From NCBI RefSeq assembly GCF_004010195.1, contig NC_057742.1:25334056-25398055 (forward strand): a stretch of 64,000 nucleotides of DNA. The letters run 5' to 3'. Positions 25,678-38,460 of the stretch are shown in pieces. How positions within the stretch are numbered: the stretch's first letter is position 1; the number at the start of each line of letters is the position of its first letter. Made by a program: the position numbers and the translations under genes. This DNA is from Chiloscyllium plagiosum. Lineage: Eukaryota. Below the pieces are notes generated by a model, which did not search any database, was not told the DNA's origin, and saw only the letters and a program-made list of their open reading frames with translations.

Positions 25678-27866
25678 GGGCTGAATCTTACAGTTATCTT
25701 GGTGAAGTCTAAGCTGTATTGCGTTTTTTTTGACAAAAGTTCTGTGAATTTTCTCATCATATCCTACCAAACTTGCCTGATCGACTGCTCACCCCCCATG
25801 AGGTCCCTCCTGTTCAATTCTGGTCCCATCTAACTGTGCACCATTCCCAGAACAACTTGCCACAGCTGTGATATCCTGCAAATATCATCCCATACTCTTG
25901 CCTCTTTTAAAAAAAAACTTGTTGTGTACTTGGAAAAGCACTGTCAGTCCAAAGCCCAGCTCACACAGTTTCTGACATTTTCCCTGGGTTAGGAAGATGG
26001 CAAGGTCCTAGAGATCCTGGTGCATGATACAGGGGTGAGACTTTCTCTTCCCCCAGGGCTATCAGGTAGAGGCTAAGACACCAGGCCATGCCAGTCTGGT
26101 CTGCAGTTACCAGCTGAGTTAAATCAGTCTCCATCATTGGGGGAATGCCAAGCAATGTAGGAAGTAGGCCAAGGACCTTTTCCATTCACCTGTGTAAGTG
26201 GCATTATCCACTATCTAATACATCACACTCATTCTCTCGGTCACCATACACATCTACCTCCAAGGCTCATGTTGTACCACTCCCACTATTACCTGTGACA
26301 TCTTCTCTCACTCACTGTCACATACTCGAATCCTTTACACCACTGACCCATCTTTCTCACTGCGCTGCCTGCTCACTCGCTCGGGTCATCCTGCAACTTG
26401 CAACAAAAAGAACAACTGTGTCACCCACTTTCATCTCCCGTAAGAATTGACTTTCACTTATTCATTAGATAGGGCAGAAAGAGTCAAGACAGCTAGTGAG
26501 CTGCCCAATATTCCTCACTTCTTATGTGGACAGCATCCTGACTCTGGCCACCCCAGTGGCTGACTGGCCGTGTCCATGCCCCTTGGGCTAGTGTTGGAGG
26601 CTGCCCTTGACTTATTGTGCTTGTACTCCAGTTTGTCTGAGGCCTTCTTGGCATTGTCTTTACAAGGATGTTGCCAGGGGTGGAGGATTTGAGCTATAGG
26701 GAAAGGCTGAACAGGCTGGGGCTGTTTTCCCAGGAGTGTCAGAGGCTGAGGGGTGACCTTATAGAGGTTTACAAAATTATGAGGGGCATGGTTAGGATGA
26801 ATGGGTGGGGTTTTTTGCCTGTAGGGGGGGAGTCCAGGACTGCAGGGCATAGGTTTTGGGTGAGAGGGGAAAGATATAAAAGAGACCTAAGGGGCAAATT
26901 TTTCACGCAGAGGGTGGTACATGTATGGAATGAACTGCCAGAAGAAGTGGTGGAGGCTGGTACAATCGCAACATTTAAAAGGCATTTGGATGGGTATATG
27001 AATAGGAAGGGTTTGGAGGATATGAAGCAGGTGCTGGCAGGTGGGACTAGATTGGGTTGGGAATAGTCGGCATGGATGAGTTGAACTGAAGGGTCTGTTT
27101 CCGTGCTGTACATCTCTATGACTCTACAACTTTATAAACAGCACAAAAAAACAAATATAATATGAACCTAGTAGTTCTGGCTGAGGGGTCAAAAGTGAAA
27201 GGTGCAAGGCAAGGTGGGAGTGTTGTGGACATCTAGGTAGGTCCATAGTGAGGACACAAAAGACAATGAGAGAAGAACCCATAGGTACAGTCTGTTCCAG
27301 ACTATGATCTTACTGAATACCCCCGAGTGCAAAGTGTGCTTACTATAGCAATACAATGATAGCTGCCATTGCAGCCTGAGTTGTAGCATTGACTTGTTGA
27401 AGCATCTTATAAGTGGATCAGAAATGCCCCATGAGTGGCACTTGTAACATGTCAACTTTCCTGCATGTTGGGTGTGTGTGACTGGTGCCAGAGAGTATGC
27501 CCCAAGATGATACTGTTCAATATTCAACATGGAGATATTTCAGACCAAGGGGCAAGCGGAAGTTGCCCAACCTGCTCTGATTTCCATTGAGATTTCTCAA
27601 TGTCTAATTCGTTTTATACAATTGGTAAGATAGGAAGTTGAACATTAATGAAGAGAGTTGAGCTGGTAACAATGTGTTTAACAAGCAGTAATCTCCTTTA
27701 ATTGGCAACTGACCACGTCCGAGTGAGAAATTTGCCACGCTGCTTATCAAAAGCAATGGAATGAGATGCTGCCAACATTCAGATAGATCTCGCCGGACTT
27801 CTTGTCCAATTATGCTGCAAATCTTGGCGTAGTCCTTGTCATTCAGACCCCTGTAAGATTGCTAAT
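25678..27866 (+). mobile_element. Non-autonomous Harbinger derivative carrying a Myb/SANT-like ORF remnant
   Basis: Starts GGGCTGAATCTTACAG, with partial inverted terminus CTGTAAGATT at 27851. 26000-26195 translates (frameshifted) VLEILVH..DFLFP..VWSAVTS*VKSVS..QCRK*AKDLFHS followed by GTAAGT, a Myb/SANT-like trihelix pattern. Confidence 0.6.
26660..27127 (+). mobile_element. HER1/CR1 LINE 3' end
   Basis: ORF 26668-27066 is the CR1 C-terminus, followed by a CATCTCTATGACTCTA tail. Confidence 0.93.
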
Positions 27867-28026
27867 CATTCTGTAACAAACTTTGACAATCACTTTGCTC
27901 ATTTCTAGTGTTCTTCAGAAAATACCTTTGCGTGTTATTTCCGGTTATGTATTTCAATTGTTGTCCAATTCTTTGTCCTCTATTTTGAAAGGTGACAGCT
28001 CCTAGTGAAATCAACTAGGATTAATA

Positions 28027-28349
28027 CGGTGGCACAGTGGTTAGCACTGCTGCCTCACAGCGCCAGAACCCGGGTTCAATTCCCGACTCAGGCGACTGAC
28101 TGTGTGGAGTTTGCACGTTCTCCCCGTGTCTGCGTGGGTTTCCTCCGGGTGCTCCGGTTTCCTCCCACAGTCCAAAGATGTGCAGGTTAGGTGAATTGGC
28201 CATGCTAAATTGCCCTTAGTGTTAGGTAATAAGGGGTAAATGTAGGGGTATGGGTGGGTTGCGCTTCGGCGGGTCGGTGTGGACTTGTTGGGCCGAAGGG
28301 CCTGTTTCCACACTGTAAGTAATCTAATCTAATCTAATCTAATCTAATC
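28027..28349 (+). mobile_element. Young HE1-type SINE with (AATCT)n tail
   Basis: CpG-retaining copy, near-identical to the reverse complement of 31872-32188. Possible TSD ATTAAT (28020-28025, 28350-28355). Confidence 0.95.
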
Positions 28350-28414
28350 ATTAATGTAGGAACACCATTGTAAATCATTTATATTCATTAAAGCCTGTCT
28401 CTCAACATATGACA

Positions 28415-29080
28415 GTAGGATTGCAGGTAGATAGGATACTGAACGCGGTGTTTAGTATGCTTTCCTTTATTGGTCAGAGTATTGAGTACAGGAGTTAGGA
28501 GGTCGTGTGGCGGCTGTACAGGACATTGGTTAGGCCACTTTTGGAATATTGCGTGCAATTTTGGTTTCTTCCTAATGGAAGAATCTTGTGAAGCTTGAAA
28601 GGGTTCAGAAAAGATTTACAAGGATGTTGCCAGGGTTGGAGCATTTGAGCTGTAGGGAGAGGTTGAATAGGCTAGGGCTATTTTCCCTGGAGCATCAGAG
28701 GCCGAGGGGTGACCTTATAGAGGTTTATAAAATCATGAGGGGCATGGATGGGATAAATTGACAAAGTCTTTTTTCCAGGGTGTGGGAGTCCAGAACTAGA
28801 GGTTTAGCATGAGAGGGGAAGATATACAAAAGACCTAAGGGGCAATGTTTTCATGCAGAGGGTGGTGCATGCATGGAATGAGCTGCCAGAGGAAGTGGTG
28901 GAGGCTGGTACAATTGCAAAATTTAAAAGGCATCTGGATGGGTTTATGAAGAGGAGGGATTTGGAGGGATGTGGACAGGGTGCTAGCAAGTGGGACTACG
29001 TTAGGGGATATCTGGTCAGGATGGATGAGTTAGACCAAAGGGTCTGTTTCTGTGCTGTACATCTCTACGACTATGAATCT
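28415..29080 (+). mobile_element. HER1/CR1 LINE 3' fragment
   Basis: VRPLLEYCVQFW and QRVVHAWNELPEEVVEAG motifs, plus the HER1 tail. Confidence 0.92.
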
Positions 29081-29654
29081 GCTATGTATTCAAAGGCATT
29101 GTTAGTTATGTATCTGCAAATTCTGAATCCGAACAACTGCAGCCATGTATGCCATTTGTTCTTTAGTTTATCTGTGCCTTCGTAATGTTGCTATTGTCTC
29201 CTTCAGGGTCGAGGCACACTGAGAAAGCCATTATTGTTTGAGTGACCCCCAGCAATTAATAAGACAAGTCTTTCATGTTATCAGGAATATAAATGCAAGC
29301 GGGCATTCCATCTTGCTGAAAATCTCAATAATTGCAAGTCAGGGAATCAGTAAACACAAGATCAAAATGCATCATAAAAAACACATAAAATTTAAAGATC
29401 ATTTATAATATTTATCCTGAGGCAATTTCAACTCCAGGAAGCACCAGGAGGAACAGAGCTAACACCTCAGCCACTCCCTTTAATATTCAGTCATTAATCC
29501 TAATATTCGTGTGTAAACTATCAGCGTAATGGGATTTTACAACTTGGATTCCTTAATCTACAACTGCACTCTGTGTGCTCTACAGTTGTAGTTTAGAGTT
29601 TACACAAACTCAATAGAGCAATAAATTTCCACTTTTGTGTCCTCACATTACACA

Positions 29655-30150
29655 GTTGTAGAATTGTTACAATGCAGAAAGAGGCTATTTGGTGCCTAGT
29701 GTATGCACTGACTTTCTGAATGAGGATTTTGATTCAGTACTCTTCTCCTGTCTTTTCCCAACAACCTTTCATGTTATTTCATTTTAAATAATTTTCTCGT
29801 GCCCTCTTGGATGACTTAAATGAACCAGCCTTGAGTACAATTCTAGGCAGTGCATTTCAGATCTGAACCATTCGCTGTGTGAAATTCTTTCTTCTCAAAT
29901 CACATTTCCTTCTTTTGAAAATTTCCTCATATCTGTGCCCTTTCATTTTGATCTGTTTCTGAGAGGGAAGAGTTTCTCCTTATCTACTCTGTTCAGACCC
30001 CTCACAATTTTGAAAACTTCTATCAAATGTCCTCTTAGCCTTCTCCTCTCCAAGGGAAAACAGTCTCAAGTTCTCCAATCTATATTTGTAACTGAAGTTT
30101 ATCATCAATCATTCTCAAACCTCTTCAAAACTCTGTTCAATGCATTCACA
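29655..30150 (-). mobile_element. Old CR1 3' fragment
   Basis: Reverse-strand LRGHLIEVFKIVRG..RVDKEKL-like segment and a decayed tail. Confidence 0.65.
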
Positions 30151-30862
30151 TCTTAGCAGGGAGCATTGCCTGACTGGAGAACACACTTTTTTTAGAAATT
30201 AGGGTGCACAGCAAACATGCTTCTGGTCAAATTTCCAATATGTTGTTCTTAGAAGAAGGCACTTAACTCTAAGTGGAAAGATTGTATATTATATAGAACT
30301 GCAAATATCATGGACCATGAAGTTCTGCTTTTGTTATAACACATTAGAGAGTTTGCTACAGTCTCACAATTTTCATTTATAGTTATAGAATTGAACTTCA
30401 TAATATCACAGTAAGGGAAATCTGCACAAAGTATCTTCTCTCAGCTGGTCTCCAATCAAATATTCAGAGACTAAAATGCAGGAAAAAGTGGCAACAAAGT
30501 GATATTCATAACTTGCACAGACATTTCTCTTTACAACAATTGGGAAAAATGGGAAATGCATCAAAAAACTATCAGTTTAAATGTCATAGAAAATGAGACC
30601 TTAGATTATGTTTTAGAATAGATTTAAGATTTTGTTATACACAGGCAAAATCATTCCCTCCTATGTTAATAAATTCAAGCAACATAAAAGTTGACTGGAA
30701 AAGATACCACAGTGGTTAGGTCAGACACGGGAATGATAAGTTGGTACTTATAATCTAAGACCTATCAATCTACATAACATTGGTTGGTTGACCCTCAACA
30801 CTCAAAGCACAAGCTGAACTTCAAAGATTTCTTGGAACAAATATTTCAATATCCTGATTGAC

Positions 30863-31125
30863 ATAATTACAGGATTTGATTCCTGACTAGTCTTTGGATT
30901 TTTGATGGGAATATATGATGCAATCCCTGACCTTCATTTGTTCTGTTGCGGGAATGCAGGATATGATTTATGACCATTTCTGCAGATTTGTTTTGGGAAT
31001 ACAGGATTCAAGTCCTAATTGTCCTTCAGCCCTGTGATATGAATACAAGTTTTGATTCCCAGATGTCCTTCAGACATGTGATGGGAATATAGTATTAGAT
31101 TCCTAGCTATTATTCAGATGATTAT
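30863..31125. repeat. Diverged minisatellite, ~6 copies of a ~44 bp unit
   Basis: Consensus approximately GGGAATACAGGATTTGATTCCTGACTGTCCTTCAGATCTGTGAT, recurring at ~30863, 30907, 30950, 30995, 31039 and 31083. Confidence 0.75.
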
Positions 31126-31304
31126 AAAAACACCAACTTGAAGGACGAGCAGTTTGGTCTATTTAGCTGGAGTAAATGGAATGCATTAGCAGAAAAGAGA
31201 ACAAGAGGAGAAAATTAAGCTACCCTTCCAAAACATGACAGTATAAACATATGACAAAAAAAAGCTGTCGTCAGAAATGCAATGCTCCGATACCTCTCTG
31301 TAGA

Positions 31305-32300
31305 AGCAACAATTTGTATTTGTATAGCACTTTCATAATATAATGAAATAGCAAAGGTGTTTCATAAAAATCATTACAAAAGAAAGGATAACACCAAGTC
31401 ATGTAAGTCATATTAGGTCAGACAATCCAAAGCTTGGTCAAAGACGTAAGCTTTAAAAGAAATGTCTTAAAGGAGGAAAGTAAATTAGAGAGGCAGAGAG
31501 GTGCAGGAGGATATTCCAAAGACTGGGATCCGTGGAACTGAAGACATGATGACCAATGATGGAACAATTAAAATTGAACATGTATAAGGGGCCAGAAATG
31601 GAGAAGTGCGGTTGCTTGGAGAATTGTGAGATTAAAGATCATGACAGAGGCTGGGAAGGACTAGGCCATGAAGAGACTTAAAGACAAGAATGAGTATTTT
31701 AATATGAAGACATTGTTTGTTTGGGAGCCAATGTAGGTCAGTGAGAACATAGAGGACAGCGGAACAAGATGTGATTAACACACAAAGTTTTGGAAGATTT
31801 TGCGTTTATTGAAATTGGAATGTTGGACGCCAGCCAAGAATGCATTGTTAACAGTTAAGTCTAGAGTTTTTTTAGATTTTAGATTACATTACAGTGTGGA
31901 AACAGGCCCTTCGGCCCAACAAGTCCACACCGACCCGCCGAAGCGCAACCCACCCATACCCCTACATTTACCCCTTACCTAACACTACGGGCAATTTAGC
32001 ATGGCCGATTCACCTGACCTGCACATCTTTTTGGACTGTGGGAGGAAACCGGAGTACCCGGAGGAAACCCACGCAGACACAGGGAGAACGTGCAAACTCC
32101 ACACAGTCAGTCGCCTGAGGCGGGAATTGAACCCGGGTCTCCGGCGCTGTAAGGCAGCAGTGCTAACCACTGTGCCACCGTGCCGCCCACGGTGGCACAG
32201 TGGAAGACCTCATTCATGCAGTATGAATGAGGTCTTCCACAGCGGACAAGCTGGGTCAGGCATGAAGTCAGCAGATGTTACTGAACAGGAAATAGATGAT
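31305..32300 (-). mobile_element. Old L2-like LINE 3' region, interrupted by a SINE
   Basis: CAACAATTTGTATTTGTATAGCACTTT tail, and GGGAGCCAATGTAGGTCAGTGAG (reverse of the L2 LxxLHWLP motif). Confidence 0.65.
31872..32188 (-). mobile_element. Young HE1-type SINE
   Basis: CpG-rich full-length copy. Confidence 0.95.
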
Positions 32301-33714
32301 CATGTTGCATAGCAACATTGATGTTGTTACTATCTTTTTCTCTTAACCTGACAACAATCTTACGTTGGTGAAAGAAAACCTTAAATTCGCAACTGTTCTG
32401 GCAAAGAGATCAGGTTAATAAACAAAAGATAATTGATGAATCATAGTAATGAGCATTCAATTTTGCTGTTCATTGCCTTGGAACATTCCTTCGGAAATCG
32501 TGCCCTTTTGGAACAAAAGCAGTATCTGCCTTTTGCGGGACTTTGGAATATGCGCTCTCACATATCGCTTGCCAACTGCTGAGTACGCAACTTATTCAAA
32601 GCTCTGATGCAACTTTACAGTGTAATGTCCACAGAATCTTCATGACCACATTTCAAAATGAACTCATTGGCTGCAAATCAATGCTGGTGCATCTAGTGGA
32701 TACAATGAGGCATGATTTAATTACAATATCTTATTTAGTTTCTGCAGTGAAATGCCCTGGAAATATTGACAGATTCCTGGAGAACTCAAATTCTAATTTC
32801 AGTAAAAACAATGTCAGCTAGCCAAACAAAAACAACACCACTTTCAAGTTCTCACAAGTGAGTTCACAAATGCATAAAAATGATCACAATGCAGAAATCT
32901 GACAGCCTCATAAGGGTTTGTACATTTCCCTCACACCTCCTGGGACATTATATATGAAAACCGAATGGTTTACACAAATACATGTCTTTTACTAGGTATC
33001 AGGCATGAAATAAAGGTTATATAAAAGCATACTCCTTTGATACTGCCTAATGGAAAACAATGAGAACTGTTCATACTGAGAATAGAACCTCTGCGCAGTC
33101 ACTATCAAAATTTTTACTCGAATCACTTATAAACTTCTCATATAATAATAAAAACTCACTACTCTAATCTCAAAAAAGCAGTCTTAATTTTTCTATCTGC
33201 CTGCATACATATTTTTGACGGTAATTTATATGATTACTATCTCTGTATGTAAGCAACATTATTTCCCACAGTCATTTTTGGCTCATGGTCCCAGTTTTGT
33301 TTTCCTCATCTTCAATGTTGCATGCTGGGAAGGTCGAATTCACCACTCGAGCACAGATTTCTGTTGATCGAGGGTTTGTAGTGCCCCATGCACCCTCATT
33401 TTAAACAGCATCTTTCCTGGGGAGGTGGGGTTGGGGAGAAAGGAAAAATACGTGTGTCCACATCGCCCTGTTTTCATGGGCACTCAGTGGGATAACACAT
33501 AGGTTTACATATCAGCCATCTCTGCTCAGCGTACATCCCAACTGTTTACTGGTTCAGTCTAGCCCCACTATCCTCCATTGGCGGAATGTGCCTTTCTGGG
33601 TATGGGTAAAAGCTCAATAAAATGGAGAATAGAATGGCAAAGCATTGTAAGTTTCTTGTTGGTGCCATGCAAGGCCAAGTGGGTAGATAACACTGAGGAT
33701 CTGAACTCCCAGGG

Positions 33715-34220
33715 TGTGGTGGGGGGGGGGGGGGGGGGGGAGATCTCTTGGTTCTACGATCGGACAATAAACACATCTATAAATGGCTCTTAGTCAACCA
33801 CACAAGCAATTGTTTATTCTTTGATACGGCCAGGTCAGTAGACTTTCATCAGCCCAGAAGTATGAGTACTTCTAGACCACCAAAAGAATCCGATGACTCA
33901 CAGAGTTTGCATAGGGTTCATATACATTGTCCACAGGCAGGCATGGAGCATGATCGTTTAGTAGTAAACCAGTAAAATAGCATAAAGCATTCGTCCATAC
34001 CGTCTCATCCTATCACGATTTCTTGTAAACAACCTGTTCTCAGAATCATCTTTATCCTGTCTTGTGGTTAGGGTTAAACCGTTACTTTTGTATTTTTATC
34101 AAGTTCAATCAGTCTGCGGTTTCTTGTTTCTGTCTGGTTCAGTGCAATCTAATTTAGCTGTGCAGAAGCCATTTTGTGCAGCTCCTTCAGCCATTTTGTC
34201 CTGCCTCCCAGATGCCCACA
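33715..34220 (-). mobile_element. Probable solo LTR
   Basis: Termini TGTGG...CCACA are inverted. On the minus strand a TATA-like GTATATGAA precedes CTGGCCGT..AATAAA. Contains a G20 run. No TSD found. Confidence 0.5.
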
Positions 34221-34242
34221 ACCTCAGCACTGCTCCCCAATG

Positions 34243-34670
34243 AATGAGTAAAGTGGAACTATATGCATTGGAATTTAGAAGGATGAAAGGGGATCTTAAA
34301 GAAACATATAAAATTATGAAGGAAATAGATAAGATAGAAGCATGGAGATTGTTTCTACTGGTGGGTGAAACTAGAATTAGGGGTCATGGCCTCAAAATAT
34401 CAGGCAGCATATTTAGGACTGAACTGAGGAGGGACTTCTTCACACAAAGGGTTGTGAATCTGGAATTCCCTGCCCAGTGAAGCAGTTGAGGCTACCTCAT
34501 TGAATGGTTTTAAGGCAAAGATACATTTTAGTACTGTAAACGAATTACGGGTTATAGTTAGCGGATGGTAGGTGGAGCTGAGTCCATGAAAAGGTTAACC
34601 ATGATCTTATTGAATGGCGGAGCAGGCTTGAGGGGTCAGATGGCCTACTCTTGCTCCTAGTTCTTATGTC
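34243..34670 (+). mobile_element. CR1 LINE 3' end
   Basis: LEFRRMKGDLKETYKIMK..RGHGLKI..FFTQRVVNL, plus tail. Confidence 0.9.
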
Positions 34671-36149
34671 TACTCCCATTGTCCCTGATTATGATGCAAC
34701 TTCACAGATAGTTAACAATGAGCTGTTACTTATCACTTCACGTAGTCTCTATTGCTACAGGGCTGTAGCTACCATGCTAATGATCTAAACTCACAAACTT
34801 ATGCAAAGTTAAATCCCTCCGCAACTTGATGCACTGACAGAAACAGCCTTGCCATTGCCATATTGGAATTGCAAAATCAGTCCCGAAATGGATGCATGCT
34901 TGAAACACTAACTTAATACAAGGTTTTTATATTACTTTCCTCTATCAGGAGAGTGTGAAATAATGATAGGAGTCAGAGGCTGATTATCTTCTGAAAACTC
35001 CTTTTGTGGTGGTTACCATTTTTATAGCAGCTGATAGGGTGGCTAGTCTTTCCCATTATAAGGTTTTATGAGATCCTGGAATCCATACAACTACATGAAT
35101 GCATCCTGGGATTTCAACACTGAAATTAAAGCCATAGGTCCAATCTACACCCACCCTAACCACCTGGAGTGGAAAACCAGTCCTGTTACTCAGATAAAAA
35201 TTTGATCACAAGCTGTAGGTTAGCTCTGATATAATGTATTAGTGGGGATTTCTACCTTGGTGGTCTGAAGTTTTATCCAGGCTTCAACTGAATCACTTAG
35301 TGCAGCTCACCTTTGGTTTCAGAACCTTTAAGGACTGAAGGCTAGCTGCATAAAGTGATCCTAAAGAAGACCCCTTCACACCCACCCAAATAGCCTTGTT
35401 CTAATTACATTTCTATTTAACAGTCACTAAAACAGGGCATTCTTGGCACAGCACAACTTTGGGCATTTCTATTGCAGAGGACACCAGCATGAAAAAGAAT
35501 TTAGTAGAAAGTAGTTTCCATTTTAATTGTTGCAGGCCTTCCAGTCCTTTGTTATAGTTGGGGGAGTGGGGGGGGTTCACAACCGAAACAGTAGACTCCT
35601 GATGATGGGCATTATTTCTGTGCATTAATTTAGCAAATCTGGTGAGGCAAAGCAACTTTCTATTTGCAGTAATACTCTGCCCAATTTCTCTCCAATCATA
35701 GTAATTACCAATATTGTGGTTCTGTATCTTATACCTGAGATTGTTCATAAAACAGAAAAATAAAGTGAGAATGTAGTTCTTATTAAAGTGTCATCACATC
35801 ATCATCACAGGAAACAATGATTTTTTAGAGATCAGAGCTAGTTATTCTGTTTCTTGGTGCTGCTTTGTTTTTATTGCAGCATGGCAGCAAGATTTGCCCC
35901 CACACATTCTGATTTTAGTTCTTATTGTTGCTAAAAGATAGTTGTAAAGTTATTCTCCCACAATAACAAATATCTAAGGTTATTTTTTATCAGTAATTCT
36001 CATCAACGTTGAAGTTGGTTTCCCTACCTAATGTTTCTCAGGTCACCTCCTGCAATCTCTGCTGCTACAAGGAGCTATTCCAAAGCTTCTATGGACTTTG
36101 TTGTTATATCTGAATTTAGTTACCATAGTCCTTTCCCTATTATGTACCG

Positions 36150-37990
36150 AGATGTTCTGTGACTTTCACCTTGGTTATGGAGAGAGATAGGTGCGTGCAA
36201 CAGGGCAGGTTTTACAATTGGGGGAAGAGTAAATACGATGCTGCAAGACAGGATCTGAGGATCATAAATTGGGAGCATAGGCTGTCAGGGAAGGATGTCG
36301 TGGAAATGTGGAACTTTTTCAAGGAACAGATACGACGTGTCCTTGATATGTATGTACCTGTCAGACAGGAAAAAGATGGTCGTGTGAGGGAACCTTGGAT
36401 GACGAGGAAGGTTGAATATCTTGTAAGGAGGAAGAAGAAGGCTTACATAAGGTTGAGGAAACAAGGTTCAGACAGGGCATTGGAGGGATAAAGGATAGCC
36501 AGGAAGGAGTTGAATAAAGGGATTAGGAGAGCTAAGAGAGGGCATGAAAAATCTTTGGCGGGTAGGATCAAGGATAACCCAAAGGCTTTTTATGCGCATG
36601 TGAGAAACATGAGAATGACGAGAACGAGGGTAGGTCCGATTAAGGACAGTAGTGGGAGACTGTGTATTGAGTCGGAAGAGATAGGAGAGGTCTTGAATGA
36701 GTACTTTTCTTCAGTATGTACGAACGAGAGGGACCGTATTGTTGAAGAGGAGAGTGTGAAACGGACTGGTAAGCTAGAGGAGATACTTGTTAGGAAGGAA
36801 GATGTGTTGGACATTTTGAACAACTTGAGGATAGACAAGACCCCTGGGCCTGACGGGATATATCCTAGGATTATGTGGGAAGCAAGAGAGGAAATTGCAG
36901 TACCGCTGGCAATGATCTTNNNNNNNNNNNNNNNNNNNNNNNNNNNNNNNNNNNNNNNNNNNNNNNNNNNNNNNNNNNNNNNNNNNNNNNNNNNNNNNNN
37001 NNNNNNNNNNNNNNNNNNNNNNNNNNNNNNNNNNNNNNNNNNNNNNNNNNNNNNNNNNNNNNNNNNNNNNNNNNNNNNNNNNNNNNNNNNNNNNNNNNNN
37101 NNNNNNNNNNNNNNNNNNNNNNNNNNNNNNNNNNNNNNNNNNNNNNNNNNNNNNNNNNNNNNNNNNNNNNNNNNNNNNNNNNNNNNNNNNNNNNNNNNNN
37201 NNNNNNNNNNNNNNNNNNNNNNNNNNNNNNNNNNNNNNNNNNNNNNNNNNNNNNNNNNNNNNNNNNNNNNNNNNNNNNNNNNNNNNNNNNNNNNNNNNNN
37301 NNNNNNNNNNNNNNNNNNNNNNNNNNNNNNNNNNNNNNNNNNNNNNNNNNNNNNNNNNNNNNNNNNNNNNNNNNNNNNNNNNNNNNNNNNNNNNNNNNNN
37401 NNNNNNNNNNNNNNNNNNNNNNNNNNNNNNNNNNNNNNNNNNNNNNNNNNNNNNNNNNNNNNNNNNNNNNNNNNNNNNNNNNNNNNNNNNNNNNNNNNNN
37501 NNNNNNNNNNNNNNNNNNNNNNNNNNNNNNNNNNNNNNNNNNNNNNNNNNNNNNNNNNNNNNNNNNNNNNNNNNNNNNNNNNNNNNNNNNNNNNNNNNNN
37601 NNNNNNNNNNNNNNNNNNNNNNNNNNNNNNNNNNNNNNNNNNNNNNNNNNNNNNNNNNNNNNNNNNNNNNNNNNNNNNNNNNNNNNNNNNNNNNNNNNNN
37701 NNNNNNNNNNNNNNNNNNNNNNNNNNNNNNNNNNNNNNNNNNNNNNNNNNNNNNNNNNNNNNNNNNNNNNNNNNNNNNNNNNNNNNNNNNNNNNNNNNNN
37801 NAACTGTGAAGGGTGGAAGGTACAGGGTGGATGTCAGGGGTAGGTTCTTTTCCCAGAGAGTGGTGGGGGCATGGAATGCGCTGCCTGTGGGAGTGGCAGA
37901 GTCAGAATCATTGGCGACCTTTAAGCGGCAATTGGATAGGTACATGGATGGGTGCTTAAGCTAGGACAAATGTTTGGCACAACATCATGT
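36150..37990 (+). mobile_element. CR1 LINE ORF2 (endonuclease-RT linker to 3' end) spanning an assembly gap
   Basis: EPWMT, KDNPKAFY, LNEYFSSV and KTPGPDGIYPRI before the gap. FFSQRVVGAWNALP after it. Confidence 0.93.
36920..37800. other. Assembly gap (881 N)
   Basis: Run of N. Confidence 1.
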
Positions 37991-38039
37991 TCATCTGATC
38001 AATTACCCAATATACTTGCTATAGCTATAAATCTGAGAA

Positions 38040-38460
38040 CATCCAAAAGTTTGCTGCCCATATCATACATTGCACCAAGTTCAGTTCACTCAATATGTCT
38101 GTACTTATTAACCTGCACTGACTGATTTCCGATGCCATGTGCTCTCAATTTTAAAATTCAGGTCTGTTTTTAAATAACACCATTGCCAAATTCTCACTAT
38201 CTCTATAACCTTCACCTGCCCTTACACTCACGGAATTCTGGTCTCTTGCACATTCCAGATTTTCCCTGCTCAAACATTAATGAGCATGCATTCAGCTGCC
38301 TGGGGTCAAATTCCTTCCTATTCATCTCCATCTTTCTCACTCCCTTCCTTGAAGGAGAAACATGAAAGGCTGTCCATTTTGTCAAACTTTAGCCAACTAA
38401 TCTCTTATGTGTTTGGAGTCAAATCCTGTCTTGATAACTTCTGTTGCATATGCTTTTGTT
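38040..38460 (+). mobile_element. Old L2-like LINE 3' fragment
   Basis: CAAAAGTTTGCTGCCCATATC (QNxAAR-like), AACCTGCACTGACT (LHW-like) and GCATTCAGCTGCCTGGG (AFS). Confidence 0.55.

Noticed and set aside
28027-28100. tRNA-like A/B boxes (also in all other SINE heads)
   Set aside because: SINE heads continuing into SINE bodies, with no intact cloverleaf.
30863-31125. CRISPR-like periodicity
   Set aside because: Vertebrate DNA, contiguous units without spacers, and no cas genes.
35413-35748. 111-aa minus-strand ORF with an acceptor-like site at ~35734
   Set aside because: No convincing donor and no recognisable similarity. It could at most be a 3'UTR exon.
36510-37964. Longest ORFs in the track (484, 451 and 322 aa)
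   Set aside because: Artefacts of translating through the N gap within a CR1 ORF2.
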